A DNA stretch of 64,000 bases, from positions 32,001-96,000 of the forward strand of contig CAVXEP010000032.1 of assembly GCA_963760795.1 (NCBI GenBank). The letters run 5' to 3'. Source of the stretch: an uncultured delta proteobacterium. GTDB taxonomy: Bacteria; Desulfobacterota; Binatia; UBA9968. Under the pieces are notes generated by a model. That model was given only the letters and a program-made list of their open reading frames with translations, did not search any database and was not told where the DNA came from. Made by a program: the position numbers and the translations under genes. Positions 51,367 through 62,531 of the stretch are shown here, one piece after another (position 1 is the first letter of the stretch; each line of letters opens with the position of its first letter).

Positions 51367-51915
51367 ATGACAACTGACCAACCGATTATTCTTAAACGGG
51401 ATTGTCCGGCTGTGATGGTGCCAAGCGGCGAACCGCTGGCGCTTCACGCTGGTGGCAAGGTCTGGCTCACCCAAGCACTGGGCGGCGGCTACACAGTGAT
51501 GACCGATCACGGTTACACGGTGCGCGTCGACGGCCGCGATGGCGATGCTCTCGGCTTGTCAGAGGTGCAGTCGCCCAGGGTTGAAACGCCGGCAGCGTCG
51601 GGTTCAGTGCAGGATCGCGTCTGGGAACAATTGCGCTCCTGTTTCGATCCGGAAATCCCGGTCAATATCGTCGACTTGGGATTGATTTATGACTGCCAGG
51701 TCGAGGCGCTGCCCGGCGGCGGTCACAAAGCCACGATCCATTTTACTTTGACCGCCCAGGGCTGTGGCATGGGCGAGTTTCTCAAAGCCGATATCAAGCG
51801 CAAGTTGCTCGAAGTGAAGGATGTGCGCGAGGCGGCAGTCGAACTGGTCTGGGAGCCACAGTGGAACCAGAGCCGCATGTCGGTGCAAGCCAAACATCAA
51901 CTCGGTATTGAATAG
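51367..51915 (+). CDS. sufT: SufT (DUF59 with N-terminal extension)
   Basis: TQALGG.YTV, DPEIPVNIVDLGL, LTA.GCGMG. Confidence 0.9.
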   Translation: MTTDQPIILKRDCPAVMVPSGEPLALHAGGKVWLTQALGGGYTVMTDHGYTVRVDGRDGDALGLSEVQSPRVETPAASGSVQDRVWEQLRSCFDPEIPVNIVDLGLIYDCQVEALPGGGHKATIHFTLTAQGCGMGEFLKADIKRKLLEVKDVREAAVELVWEPQWNQSRMSVQAKHQLGIE

Positions 51916-51927
51916 CTAAGTGAAAAA

Positions 51928-52248
51928 ATGGAAAGCATCAATCAAACGATTATCGAAGCTGAAGTCATCGAGGCGCTGCGCACCATCTTTGACCCGGAGA
52001 TCCCGGTGAATGTTTACGAGCTTGGTTTGATCTACCTGGTCGAGGTCAGCGGCGAAGGGGCGGTGGCGATTCGCATGACGCTGACCTCGCCGCATTGTCC
52101 GGCAGTGCAGTCGATGCCGGCGGAAATCGAAGCTAAGGTGCGGACGATTTCGGGCGTCAGCGATGTCTCCATCGATTTGGTCTGGGATCCGCCTTGGGAT
52201 CAAAGTAAAATGTCCGAAGCCGCCCGGCTGCAGTTGGGAATGATGTAA
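51928..52248 (+). CDS. DUF59 / PaaD-like Fe-S assembly protein
   Basis: DPEIPVNVYELGL, TLTSPHCP, WDPPW. Confidence 0.92.
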   Translation: MESINQTIIEAEVIEALRTIFDPEIPVNVYELGLIYLVEVSGEGAVAIRMTLTSPHCPAVQSMPAEIEAKVRTISGVSDVSIDLVWDPPWDQSKMSEAARLQLGMM

Positions 52249-52313
52249 CGTCTTGGTGCGGTTTGGGACGGCCTGAGGAATAGACTTCTGACCCATTCAA
52301 GATTTCCACGACC

Positions 52314-52718
52314 ATGACGCCATTTGAGCAATTAGGCGGCGAAGTAAAACTTCGCGCCGTCATCGATACCTTCATCGACCGCGTGTTCGCCGATCGCATG
52401 ATCGGCTTTTTTTTCCGCAACGCCGACAAAGCGCGTATCAAAGAAATGGAATACCAACTCGCCGCTGGTTTTTTCGGTGCCCCGGTGGAATATCACGGCC
52501 GTCCTCTTGACCAGGTCCATGCCAAGCACCCGATCATGGGCGGGCACTTCGCCAGAAGGCGGCAGATTTTGCAAGAGACCATCGAGGCCCATGGCGTGCC
52601 AGAAGACATAAAAAAACTTTGGCTCGATCATACCGAGGCACTGCGTCGGCTAATCACTCCGGAAAGTGATTCGGGGTGCGACCCAATCGCTGCCCGGGAA
52701 CGTGTCAAAAGTGTCTAA
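52314..52718 (+). CDS. Group 1 truncated hemoglobin
   Basis: FEQLGG, IGFFF, YHGRPL..VH..HF. Confidence 0.85.
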   Translation: MTPFEQLGGEVKLRAVIDTFIDRVFADRMIGFFFRNADKARIKEMEYQLAAGFFGAPVEYHGRPLDQVHAKHPIMGGHFARRRQILQETIEAHGVPEDIKKLWLDHTEALRRLITPESDSGCDPIAARERVKSV

Positions 52719-52818
52719 CCCTGGAAGATTTTTGCATTTTCTCGCGCTGAACATTTGTCGACGCTAGAACCTTGTGCTACTAATAGTAGCGAGCGTCAGG
52801 TAGTCATCTAGGACTTGT

Positions 52819-53682
52819 GTGCGATTAGCCGAGCTTTACAACCAACCTAGCTTGACCCTATCGGTTGAGTTCTTTCCTCCAAAGACAGAAAAAGGCGAGG
52901 AAAACCTCTTCAGCGAAATCGAGCTGATCAAGAGGATAAACCCCGCCTTCTGTTCTGTTACGTACGGGGCGGGCGGAAGCACGCGCGAAAAAACCGTCGA
53001 TATCGTGGATACGATCCATTCCGGTTGCGGTTTCGATGTCATGTGCCACTTAACCGTGGTCGGCCAGTCGAAGGACGATGCTCGCGCTGTGCTCAGAAAA
53101 CTCAAAGAACATGGTATTGAAAATATCCTCGCTCTGGGCGGCGATCCACCCCAGGGCATGAACGACTGGCAGCCGCATCGGGACGGATTCCACCACGCCA
53201 TCGAATTGGTTCGCGAGGCGGTAGCGATGCGGTTTTTTGCCGTGGCGGTGGCGGGCTTTCCGGAAGTCCATCCCCGGGCGGTGAGCCGGGACGCTGATTT
53301 GCGCTTCCTCAAGGAGAAAGTCGACGCCGGTGCCGATGCCATCATCACCCAACTGTTTTTCGACAATCAGTATTTTTATCGCTTCAGCGACGATCTGCGA
53401 AAGCTTGGCGTTACCGTGCCGATCATTCCAGGAGTTTTACCGCTGCAATCGGCGCCGCAGGTGCGCCGTTTCACCGCGCTTTGCGGTTCGAAGATCCCAG
53501 CGAATCTGGAGACAGAACTGGGGAAAGTCGAGAACGATGACGACGCCGCGGTTGAACTGGGCATTGAATACGCCAGCCGGCAGTGCGAGGAATTGATTAA
53601 GTTTGGCGTGCCCGGGCTGCATTTTTACACGTTAAATAAGTCCTATTCGGTGTTGGCGATTCATCGCAATCTCGGTCTCTAA
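52819..53682 (+). CDS. metF: 5,10-methylenetetrahydrofolate reductase
   Basis: EFFPPK, SVTYGAGGS, ITQLFFD, HFYTLN. Confidence 0.95.
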   Translation: MRLAELYNQPSLTLSVEFFPPKTEKGEENLFSEIELIKRINPAFCSVTYGAGGSTREKTVDIVDTIHSGCGFDVMCHLTVVGQSKDDARAVLRKLKEHGIENILALGGDPPQGMNDWQPHRDGFHHAIELVREAVAMRFFAVAVAGFPEVHPRAVSRDADLRFLKEKVDAGADAIITQLFFDNQYFYRFSDDLRKLGVTVPIIPGVLPLQSAPQVRRFTALCGSKIPANLETELGKVENDDDAAVELGIEYASRQCEELIKFGVPGLHFYTLNKSYSVLAIHRNLGL

Positions 53683-53746
53683 TTTTTTCCACTGCGGTCA
53701 GTTTTCAGTTATTCTTCCGCCGGCTCCGCCGGTCAACGAAAGCGTC

Positions 53747-55252
53747 ATGTCTGATAACCAACCCATTGTCGCCGCCGAAGAAAACGAGCAGGTCGAAGTC
53801 CGCAAGCAAAAGCTCGCCAAACTCCGCGAGGGCGGGCAGATCGTCTATCCCAACGATTTCAAACCGTCTCATTCCGTGGCGAACGTGTTTGCCGCAGCCG
53901 GTAGTTCGAGCGACGAAGAGCTGCATGGCAATCCGACGCAGGTCGCGGTGGCCGGCCGGATTATGGCGATCCGGCGCATGGGCAAAGCCTCATTCTTTCA
54001 CATTCAAGACCGGCGCGGCCGTCTGCAAGTTTACGCGCGTAAAGATAAGATCGGCGATGATGCCTACGGCTTGTTTCAGAGCTTCGACATCGGCGATCTG
54101 GTCGGTGTGTCGGGCCATCTGTTTCGCACCAAGACCAAGGAGCTGACTGTCGAGGCCGCTGGGTTGCGGTTGCTCACCAAGTGTCTGCGGCCGCTGCCTG
54201 AGAAATGGCATGGCCTCGCCGATGTCGAAGCGCGTTACCGCCAGCGTTACGTCGATCTGATGGTTAACCCCGAGGTCCGTGACGTGTTCGAAAAGCGCTC
54301 GCGCATCGTGCGCTTGATTCGGCGCTTTTTCGAAGAGCGCGACTTTCTCGAGGTCGAGACGCCGATGATGCAATCGATTCCCGGCGGCGCCGCGGCGAAA
54401 CCGTTTACGACTCATCACAACGCCCTCGATATGGAGTTGCATCTGCGGGTCGCGCCGGAACTTTTTCTCAAGCGGCTGCTGGTCGGCGGCTTCGAGCGGG
54501 TCTTCGAGCTTAACCGGAATTTTCGCAACGAAGGAATTTCGGTGCGCCATAATCCGGAATTCACCATGGTTGAGTTCTATCAAGCCTATGCGACCTTCGA
54601 GGATCTTATCCAATTGACCGAGGAGTTGTTTGGCGCCATTGCTCAAGATCTCGCCGGCGGTCTGCAGCTGGCGTATAACGGCGCCACCATCGACTTGACC
54701 CGGCCTTGGCGGCGTTTAACCATCCGCGACGCGGTGCTGGTTCATGGCGGCGCCGAGGAGAAAGACGTGGTGAGCTTGGCGTGCCTGCGAGCCTTCGCCA
54801 GAGAGCGCGGTTTGAAAATCGATCTCGATGTGTCTTACGGCAAGCTGTTGGTGGCGGTATTTGAAGAGGTCGCCGAAACGAAAATGATTCAGCCGACGTT
54901 TTTGACCGGCTTCCCCGTCGAAGTCTCGCCGCTGGCGCGCAAAAACGATTACGACCCGGCCATGGTCGATCGTTTCGAGCTTTACATTGGTGGCCGGGAA
55001 CTCGCTAACGCATTCTCGGAACTTAACGACCCGGCCGATCAGCGGCAACGCTTCCTCGAACAGATGCAGGCCCGCGCCGCAGGCGACGAGGAAGCCAATC
55101 CCATCGACGACGATTACGTTCGCGCCCTTGAATACGGTATGCCGCCGGCCGCCGGCGAAGGTATCGGCATCGACCGCTTAGTGATGTTGTTCACCGACTC
55201 TCCGTCCATCCGAGATGTTATTCTTTTCCCGCTATTGCGCCCGCACCGTTAA
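53747..55252 (+). CDS. lysS: Lysyl-tRNA synthetase, class II
   Basis: LPEKWHGL, YRQRYVDL, FRNEG..HNPEFT, GIGIDRL. Confidence 0.98.
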   Translation: MSDNQPIVAAEENEQVEVRKQKLAKLREGGQIVYPNDFKPSHSVANVFAAAGSSSDEELHGNPTQVAVAGRIMAIRRMGKASFFHIQDRRGRLQVYARKDKIGDDAYGLFQSFDIGDLVGVSGHLFRTKTKELTVEAAGLRLLTKCLRPLPEKWHGLADVEARYRQRYVDLMVNPEVRDVFEKRSRIVRLIRRFFEERDFLEVETPMMQSIPGGAAAKPFTTHHNALDMELHLRVAPELFLKRLLVGGFERVFELNRNFRNEGISVRHNPEFTMVEFYQAYATFEDLIQLTEELFGAIAQDLAGGLQLAYNGATIDLTRPWRRLTIRDAVLVHGGAEEKDVVSLACLRAFARERGLKIDLDVSYGKLLVAVFEEVAETKMIQPTFLTGFPVEVSPLARKNDYDPAMVDRFELYIGGRELANAFSELNDPADQRQRFLEQMQARAAGDEEANPIDDDYVRALEYGMPPAAGEGIGIDRLVMLFTDSPSIRDVILFPLLRPHR

Positions 55253-55272
55253 GCTTCACGTCGATCCACCCG

Positions 55273-56520
55273 ATGCGCTACGAATTATTTATTGGCCTGC
55301 GTTATTTGCAGGCGCGCCGGCGCGAAACGTTTATCTCACTGATCACCCTGATCTCGATCTGCGGCGTCATGATCGGCGTCATGACGTTGAACGTCGTCAT
55401 GTCGGTGATGACCGGCTTCGAGGAAACCCTGCGCGACCGCTTGCTCGGCATCAACGCGCATATCGCCTTGGTTCGTTCCGGCGAGCCGATGAGGGATTAT
55501 GATAAACTAGCGCAGCTAATGAGTAAGGTGCCGGGTGTCGTGGCGGCGTCACCGACGATTTACGGCCAAGTGATGCTGACCGCGGGGCCGCGCGTTACCG
55601 GCGTGGTGGTTCGCGGCGTCGATCCCGATCGCGTCAATGGCGTGGTGAATCTCCAAAGTTTCATGCGCGAGGGCAGCCTTGACGGTCTCAAGCGCCAGCA
55701 CCCGATCCAGGTCGATGAGCGCACCGTAAGTTTGCCGGGGATCATTCTCGGCGAACGGCTCGCCAATCAGCTGGGTGTCTTTCGCGGCAGCGCGGTGCAG
55801 GTGGTGTCGCCGTTGGGCAGTCCCACCGCCATCGGGGTTATTCCCAAAGTGCGCCGTTTTGTCGTCAGCGGCATTCTCAAAAGCGGCATGAGCGAGATCG
55901 ATTCGACCTTGATTTTTATGAGCCTCACCGATGCCCAGAAGTTTTTTGAACTTGGCGATGGCGTGACGAATATTGAGATGCGCGTTCAAGATGTAAGCCG
56001 CTCGCGAGAAATTGCTGACCGGATACAGCTGCAGCTGGGATTCCCCTATTTCGCCGAGGATTGGACCCGCTTGTGGCCCAATCTGTTTTCCGCGCTGAAA
56101 TTGGAGAAGACGGTTTATTTTCTGGTCTTGCTGCTGATGGTCTTGATCGGCGCTTTCAATATCGTCTCAACCCTGGTCATGGTGGTCATGGAGAAGCGCA
56201 AGGATATTGCCATCCTCCGTTCCATGGGTGCCACCCAAAAGAGCATCCGTAAGATATTTTTACTGAAGGGCTGTTTGATCGGTGTGGTGGGAACGATTCT
56301 TGGCGTGGTCTTGGGTTATTTGGTCTGTATTCTGATTTCCAAGTATGAATTTCAATTGCCGGACGGCGTCTTCCTGATTCAAACGGTGCCGGTACGAATT
56401 TATTGGAGCAACTTTCTCCTGGTGGCTTTGGCGTCGTTTGTCGTTTGTTTGTTGGCGAGCCTCTATCCAGCGCGCCAGGCGGCCAAGCTCGACCCCGTGG
56501 AAATCATTCGTTATGAGTGA
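55273..56520 (+). CDS. lolE: Lipoprotein-releasing permease LolC/E
   Basis: VMSVMTGF, AFNIVSTL, IAILRSMGA, YPARQAA. Confidence 0.9.
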   Translation: MRYELFIGLRYLQARRRETFISLITLISICGVMIGVMTLNVVMSVMTGFEETLRDRLLGINAHIALVRSGEPMRDYDKLAQLMSKVPGVVAASPTIYGQVMLTAGPRVTGVVVRGVDPDRVNGVVNLQSFMREGSLDGLKRQHPIQVDERTVSLPGIILGERLANQLGVFRGSAVQVVSPLGSPTAIGVIPKVRRFVVSGILKSGMSEIDSTLIFMSLTDAQKFFELGDGVTNIEMRVQDVSRSREIADRIQLQLGFPYFAEDWTRLWPNLFSALKLEKTVYFLVLLLMVLIGAFNIVSTLVMVVMEKRKDIAILRSMGATQKSIRKIFLLKGCLIGVVGTILGVVLGYLVCILISKYEFQLPDGVFLIQTVPVRIYWSNFLLVALASFVVCLLASLYPARQAAKLDPVEIIRYE

Positions 56521-57190
56521 ACTGCTGGCCGTGCGCGATTTGCGCAAGTCGTTCACCGAGGGCGCCACCGAGATTCATGTCTTACGCGGCGCCAATTTCG
56601 ATTTGGCCGAAGGCGAGCGCGTCGCGGTTGTCGGACAGTCGGGGGTCGGTAAGAGCACGCTGCTGCATATTCTCGGTACTCTCGACCGGCCGACCTCAGG
56701 GCAGATTCTTTTCCGTGGCAAAGAGCTGCCATTGAACGATGAGACTTCGCTGTGCCAGTTTCGCAATCGCCAGATCGGTTTCGTTTTTCAATTTCACTAT
56801 TTGTTGCCGGATTTCTCGGCGATTGAAAACGTCATGTTTCCGGCCCTGATACAAGGGATGGATGCGCCACAGGCGCGCAGCGAAGGCGAACGCTTGCTGG
56901 AAAGGGTCGGACTAAAAGACCGCATGAGCCATCGGCCGGGCAAGCTCTCCGGCGGTGAGCAGCAACGGGTCGCGGTCGCCAGGGCGGTGATTCTGCAGCC
57001 GAGTTTGGTGCTCGCCGACGAACCCACGGGGTCGTTGGATCTGCACATTGGCGAAGAAGTGCAAGAGCTGTTATTTCAGCTCAATCAGGAAAAGAATATC
57101 GCCCTGATCGTCGCCACCCATAACCGTGAGTTCGCCGCTAAGATCGGCCGGCGGGTCGAACTGCGCGACGGGCATTTGTTCGCAGGTTAG
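56513..57190 (+). CDS. lolD: Lipoprotein-releasing ATPase
   Basis: [26 protein letters not shown]. Confidence 0.93.
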   Translation: MSELLAVRDLRKSFTEGATEIHVLRGANFDLAEGERVAVVGQSGVGKSTLLHILGTLDRPTSGQILFRGKELPLNDETSLCQFRNRQIGFVFQFHYLLPDFSAIENVMFPALIQGMDAPQARSEGERLLERVGLKDRMSHRPGKLSGGEQQRVAVARAVILQPSLVLADEPTGSLDLHIGEEVQELLFQLNQEKNIALIVATHNREFAAKIGRRVELRDGHLFAG

Positions 57191-57282
57191 TTTTCCGCCC
57201 AGAATCCTTTACAAAAATGGTTCGTTTTGCTAATAAATTGGAATCTTTGGCAACTTTGGAGAGCGAATTACCGAAGCCATCC

Positions 57283-59682
57283 ATGCCGCCGACCAAATTT
57301 CTCAGCAGCCTTTTAGTCTTCCTAACCGTCGCCGTCGCTATTTTGGGCGTCAGCGCCGGATTCGCTCAAGAGGGGACTCGGCTCAAAGACGTGCGCATCG
57401 GCGGCAATGTCCGGGTCGAGGAGGACGGCATCCGTTTGCACGTCAAGAGCCGGGCAGGCGATGCATTCAACGCTGCCGCGATCGAACAAGATGTCAAAGC
57501 GATTTTTCGCATGGGTTTCTTCGATGATGTGCAGGCCGAGTTGTCGCCTGACAATGTCCTGACGTACGCGGTTAAGGAAAAACCCTATGTCCGGGAAGTC
57601 CGCATCCAAGGCCAAGCGCAGGTGTCGCGAGACAAAATTGAGACCGCTCTCGGGGTGGCCCCGAGAACGATCTTGGACCGCAGTAAAGTATCGGAAGGTG
57701 TCGAAAAAGTTCGTAAGCTCTACACTGAGCAGGGCTATGTGAATGCCGCGGTGGACTTCGCGGTGTCCGCGGAGGCGAACAACCAAGTGGTCGTGGCGCT
57801 CGACATTATCGAAGGTAATCGGTTGCTCATCAAACGAATATCGTTTGAGGGCAATAAGGCGTTTTCCGAAAGCGAACTCAAGGGCTTGCTAGGGACGAAG
57901 GAGGAATGGATTTTTTCCTATTTCACCAATCGAGGTGTTCTCGATCGCGATATGTTGACCAACGACGTGGCGATTCTGTCGAATCATTTCAACGATAATG
58001 GCTACGTCGATAATAAGATCGACGAACCGATCATTGTCAGAGCGCGGGATGGTCTCGAAGTGATCTTCCGTGTCAATGAAGGCGCGCAATATCGCGTCGG
58101 CAAAGTGGAGATCGGTGGGGAATTAATCGACGACGGTCAGAAAATGCTCAAGTCGGTTAAGCTTACCACCGGACAAATCTTTCGCGGCAGTCGCTTGCGT
58201 GAAGATATCACGGCTCTAAACGAGACCTATGCTAACAAGGGATTCGCGTTCGTGCAGGTCGATCCGATTACCCAGGTCGACCCAGCGAAGAAGGTCGTCG
58301 ATGTCGCCCTGGTGATCGCCAAGGGGCCGCCAGTCTATTTCAACCGGGTGCTGGTCGCGGGAAACACCAAGACGCGCGACAAAGTTGTGCGCCGCGAATT
58401 GCTAGTCAATGAACAAGAGCTTTATTCCGGCGTTAAGATTACCCAAAGCCGCAATGCACTTCAGCGCACCGGCTATTTTGAAGATGTACAGCTAAACACG
58501 AAAAAGACCGACCAGTCGGATGCACTGGATCTCGTGGTCGATGTGAAGGAAGGGCCCACTGGAACCTTCCAGGTCGGCGCCGGGTATAGCAGCGGTGATG
58601 GTTTACTTTTCAACGCCAATGTTTCGGAAAAGAACTTCATGGGGCGGGGCCAGTCGCTGAGCGGTAATTTCAGCATCGGCTCGACCCGGCAAGATTTCAT
58701 CGTCAACGTGACGGACCCCTATTTCCTGGATTCTAAAGTATCGCTGGGGCTGGACGCGTTTAACACGACTCGCGAGTATGACGATTTCGATGAAAAGAAG
58801 TTGGGCTTCGGCGTCAATAGCAGCTACCCGCTCAAGAATTTTTCCTGGCCATTTTTTAATAAGTCAGCTAGTGCCAAGGGGTTAGGGTCCGACGCTAGCG
58901 CAAGCCAGCAAATTACCTTTTGGGATTTCATGCGCGGTGGCTTGTCTTATGCCTTCACCCGAGATGATATTACGCACGTAGAGGCGACCGCGTCTCCATC
59001 CATTAAGGAGGAACAGGGAGTCACTCTGACCAGTGCCGTCACCCCGAGCCTAATCTATGATAGCCGCGATCATTTCTTTGCACCGACAGCGGGCGCTAAA
59101 GTAGCTTTATCGCAGACGATGGCGGGCCTAGGTGGGGATAGTCGCTTTCTGAAAACCGATTTGACTGCCCGTTGGTATTACCAGTTATTTAAGGACCCGA
59201 ACTGGGGCGGCGCCTACGTCTTAGGACTTGGCGGGCAACTCGGATACGGTCTCGGCTATGCTGGGAACAGCAGCGGCAATGATTTGCCTTTGTTTGAGCG
59301 TTATTTCCTCGGCGGCATCAATTCGGTGCGTGGGTTCGAGGATAGAAGTTTGGGGCCGCGTGAGCCGTCCAGTTGCACTACCACGAATGGCGTAACGAAA
59401 TGTACCGGTACTGAGGTTGTCGGCGGCGACAGAGCAGCGGTGTTCAACGCCGAGATCGCATTCCCCGTCATGGAGCAATACGGGTTGCGGGGTGTGGCAT
59501 TTTTTGATGCGGGTAATTCTTTCAACTCGTTCAACTTCAGTGACCTGCGGAGCTCCGTTGGCGTCGGTGCCCGTTGGATGTCTCCTTTTGGTCCTTTGCG
59601 CGTCGATCTCGGTTTTGCCATCATCAAAAAATCTGTTGACGAGACCGCAGTGCTCGGCTTCTCCGTCGGCGCACAGCCGTAA
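57283..59682 (+). CDS. bamA: Outer membrane assembly factor BamA
   Basis: POTRA repeats, GNTKTRD.V.RRE, VRGF, W.SPFGP. Confidence 0.95.
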   Translation: MPPTKFLSSLLVFLTVAVAILGVSAGFAQEGTRLKDVRIGGNVRVEEDGIRLHVKSRAGDAFNAAAIEQDVKAIFRMGFFDDVQAELSPDNVLTYAVKEKPYVREVRIQGQAQVSRDKIETALGVAPRTILDRSKVSEGVEKVRKLYTEQGYVNAAVDFAVSAEANNQVVVALDIIEGNRLLIKRISFEGNKAFSESELKGLLGTKEEWIFSYFTNRGVLDRDMLTNDVAILSNHFNDNGYVDNKIDEPIIVRARDGLEVIFRVNEGAQYRVGKVEIGGELIDDGQKMLKSVKLTTGQIFRGSRLREDITALNETYANKGFAFVQVDPITQVDPAKKVVDVALVIAKGPPVYFNRVLVAGNTKTRDKVVRRELLVNEQELYSGVKITQSRNALQRTGYFEDVQLNTKKTDQSDALDLVVDVKEGPTGTFQVGAGYSSGDGLLFNANVSEKNFMGRGQSLSGNFSIGSTRQDFIVNVTDPYFLDSKVSLGLDAFNTTREYDDFDEKKLGFGVNSSYPLKNFSWPFFNKSASAKGLGSDASASQQITFWDFMRGGLSYAFTRDDITHVEATASPSIKEEQGVTLTSAVTPSLIYDSRDHFFAPTAGAKVALSQTMAGLGGDSRFLKTDLTARWYYQLFKDPNWGGAYVLGLGGQLGYGLGYAGNSSGNDLPLFERYFLGGINSVRGFEDRSLGPREPSSCTTTNGVTKCTGTEVVGGDRAAVFNAEIAFPVMEQYGLRGVAFFDAGNSFNSFNFSDLRSSVGVGARWMSPFGPLRVDLGFAIIKKSVDETAVLGFSVGAQP

Positions 59683-59725
59683 CCGTTTGCTTCTTTGCAA
59701 TCACAAAATTGACTGGAGGTTTTGA

Positions 59726-60235
59726 GTGAAATATTGGCTCGTGCTGGTACTAGTAGCGCTATCTTGGGTGCCGGGCTGGGCGCAGGATCGGATGAAAATA
59801 GGTTATATCGACGTACGACGCGTGGTCTCGGAGTCCGCCGCCGGAAAACGGGCGGGCGATCGTTTGCAGGTGCAGGTCAAAAAAGCCGAAGCGGATACGC
59901 TTAGAGAGCGGCAGGAGCTTGAGCGCATGCGCAACGATCTCGATAAGAAAGGGCCGTTGCTCAAAGAGGAGGAGCGGCGCAACCTCGAAAGCGATTTCCA
60001 AAAACGATCGGTCACGCTACAGCGCACCATGACCGATCTACAGCAGGAACTGCAGTTGAAAGAACGCGAAATGATGCAGGATATTCTCAAAGAGCTTGAA
60101 GGGGTGGTCACGGAGGTTGGTAAAGCCGAAAAGTTCACCCTGATTCTCGATCGTTCGCAGATTCTTTTCGCCGATCAAGCCGTCGATATCACCAGCAGAG
60201 TGATCGAGGCGTTCAATAGCCGGGCAAAAAAATAA
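59726..60235 (+). CDS. skp: Skp/OmpH chaperone
   Basis: KIGYID, coiled coil, DIT..VI; synteny. Confidence 0.92.
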   Translation: MKYWLVLVLVALSWVPGWAQDRMKIGYIDVRRVVSESAAGKRAGDRLQVQVKKAEADTLRERQELERMRNDLDKKGPLLKEEERRNLESDFQKRSVTLQRTMTDLQQELQLKEREMMQDILKELEGVVTEVGKAEKFTLILDRSQILFADQAVDITSRVIEAFNSRAKK

Positions 60236-61282
60236 GTGTCCCTGGAGCGAACTTTAACGGCATTGGCGGCCATGGTCGGGGGCAATGTGGTCGGCGATGG
60301 TGACGTGGTCATTCGCCGAGTGGCACCGATCGATGAGGCGACGGCCGGTGAAATCACGTTTCTAACTAACCCCCGTTACGGTAAATACTTGGATCGCTGC
60401 CGCGCCAGCGCCGTGATCGTCGGCAACGGTACCGCAGCGGCGCTCGCCGGACGGTCGCCGGTGTCATTTCTCGAAGCCGCGGATCCCTACATCGCCTTCG
60501 CCAAGATTCTCCAGCTGTTTGCGCCGGCGCTTGCGCTGGCGCAAACTTGTAGTCCGCAGTCGAGTATCGATCCATCGTCGGTCATCGGCGCCGGAGTCAC
60601 GGTTTTCCCCCATGCGTTTGTCGGCGCACACGCCAAAGTCGGTGACAATTCCGTGCTCTATCCGGGTGTTTTTGTCGGTGCCGATGTCGAGATCGGCAGG
60701 GACTGCGTGCTTCATCCCAATGTCGCGGTCAGAGACGGTTGCCGCATCGGCGACCGTGTGATACTTCACGCCGGGGTGGTGATTGGCAGCGACGGCTTTG
60801 GCTATGCCGGCCGGGGCGAAAGTCGGGTGAAGATTCCACAAGTGGGCATTGTCGTGATCGAGGACGATGTCGAGATTGGCGCCAACACCACGGTCGATCG
60901 CGCAACTTTGGGTCAGACCGTGATTCAGCGCGGTGCCAAGATCGATAATCTCGTGCAGATCGCCCACAACGTAATTATCGGCGAACATTCGGTGGTGGCG
61001 GCGCAGGCCGGTATCGCCGGCAGCACTAAGGTCGGTAAGCATGTGACGATCGCCGGCCAGGTGGGCATCGTCAATCATGTGGAAATCGGCGACGGTGCGA
61101 TGATCGGTCCGCAGTCAGGCATTCCAAAGTCGGTGCCGCCTGGGGTGATTTTGTCCGGCGGTATCGCCGCGGCGCCGCACCATGAGTGGCTCAAAGTCAT
61201 GACCCTGTTGCCGCAACTGCCCAAGCTCTGGGCTTCGGTTCGCGCCATGGAACGGCAAATTTCCCAACTGCTACAAAGGTAG
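60236..61282 (+). CDS. lpxD: UDP-3-O-acylglucosamine N-acyltransferase
   Basis: [24 protein letters not shown]. Confidence 0.97.
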   Translation: MSLERTLTALAAMVGGNVVGDGDVVIRRVAPIDEATAGEITFLTNPRYGKYLDRCRASAVIVGNGTAAALAGRSPVSFLEAADPYIAFAKILQLFAPALALAQTCSPQSSIDPSSVIGAGVTVFPHAFVGAHAKVGDNSVLYPGVFVGADVEIGRDCVLHPNVAVRDGCRIGDRVILHAGVVIGSDGFGYAGRGESRVKIPQVGIVVIEDDVEIGANTTVDRATLGQTVIQRGAKIDNLVQIAHNVIIGEHSVVAAQAGIAGSTKVGKHVTIAGQVGIVNHVEIGDGAMIGPQSGIPKSVPPGVILSGGIAAAPHHEWLKVMTLLPQLPKLWASVRAMERQISQLLQR

Positions 61283-61291
61283 GGAACGCCA

Positions 61292-61735
61292 TTGCTTACA
61301 TTGGACGCTAAGGAAATCCTCAACTATTTGCCGCATCGATATCCGTTTCTCTTGGTCGACCGGATTGTTGAAATAGAGGGCGCGGAGCGCATCGTCGGCA
61401 TCAAAAACGTTTCATTCAACGAACCTTTTTTTCAGGGCCATTTCCCGGATCATCCGGTCATGCCGGGAGTGTTGATTTGTGAGGCGATGGCGCAGGTCGG
61501 CGCCATCTTCGCTCATAATACCCGCGGCGGCATGAATGATAAGCGGATTTTTATGCTGACCGGCCTCGATCAAGTCAAGTTCAAGCGTCCGGTGGTACCC
61601 GGCGATCAGTTGCGGATCGAGCTAACCTGCGAAAAGCGCCGTGGCGCCTATTGGAAAATGCAAGGTGTAGCCAGCGTGGATGGCAAGGTGGCGGCGCAAG
61701 CGCTGATCTCAGCCATGGAAGTTGCAATGGCGTAG
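61292..61735 (+). CDS. fabZ: 3-hydroxyacyl-ACP dehydratase
   Basis: LPHRYPFLLVD, GHFP..PVMPGV..EAMAQ. Confidence 0.97.
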   Translation: MLTLDAKEILNYLPHRYPFLLVDRIVEIEGAERIVGIKNVSFNEPFFQGHFPDHPVMPGVLICEAMAQVGAIFAHNTRGGMNDKRIFMLTGLDQVKFKRPVVPGDQLRIELTCEKRRGAYWKMQGVASVDGKVAAQALISAMEVAMA

Positions 61736-61749
61736 GGCGGTCGGCGCAA

Positions 61750-62526
61750 TTGGCTAAGATTCATTCCACCGCGGTTGTCGATCCGCATGCCGAGCTGGCG
61801 AGTGACGTTGAGATCGGTCCCTATGTCGTGGTTGGCGCTCATGTCAAAATCGGCGCAGCAACCCGGATTCAATCCCACGCAGTGATCGACGGGCTGACGA
61901 CGATTGGACGGGGTAACGTTATTTTCCCATTCGCCACCGTCGGGACGATTCCCCAGGATTTAAAGTACCGAGGCGAACCGAGCGAACTGGTTATCGGCAA
62001 CGACAACCAGATTCGCGAGTTCGCGTCGCTCAATCCCGGCACGGTCGGCGGCGGCATGATTACCCGGGTGGGGAACCATAACCTGCTCATGATGTACTGC
62101 CATATCGCCCATGATTGCATTGTCGGCAATCGTAATGTCATCGCCAATGGCGCCACCCTCGGCGGCCATGTGACGATCGAGGATAATGTCATTGTTGGCG
62201 GTTTGGTTGGAATCCATCAGTTTGTTCGCATCGGCAGCGGGGCGATTCTCGGCGCGGGCTCGATGGTTGCCAAAGATGTGCCGCCATTTTGCAATGCCAC
62301 CGGCGACCGCGCCAGATTGCATGGCCTCAACATCGAAGGGATGAAACGGCGCGGTTTTGACAAAGCGAAGATCGACGCGATCCACAAAGCCTACCGCATT
62401 GTCTTTCGTTCCAAACTCAAGATTCCCCCGGCCTTGGAGAAAATCCGCAGTGAGCTGCCGGCGCTACCGGAGATCGAGCAGTTCGCATCTTTTATTGCCG
62501 CTTCCGATCGCGGCGTGTGCCGTTAG
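61750..62526 (+). CDS. lpxA: UDP-GlcNAc(3N) acyltransferase
   Basis: PQDLKY, HIAHDC, LGGHV, HQF; TTG start inferred. Confidence 0.96.
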   Translation: MAKIHSTAVVDPHAELASDVEIGPYVVVGAHVKIGAATRIQSHAVIDGLTTIGRGNVIFPFATVGTIPQDLKYRGEPSELVIGNDNQIREFASLNPGTVGGGMITRVGNHNLLMMYCHIAHDCIVGNRNVIANGATLGGHVTIEDNVIVGGLVGIHQFVRIGSGAILGAGSMVAKDVPPFCNATGDRARLHGLNIEGMKRRGFDKAKIDAIHKAYRIVFRSKLKIPPALEKIRSELPALPEIEQFASFIAASDRGVCR

Positions 62527-62531
62527 ACGCC

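Noticed and set aside
52720-52818. SAM/SAH riboswitch upstream of metF
   Set aside because: The gap is short and holds no recognisable aptamer consensus.
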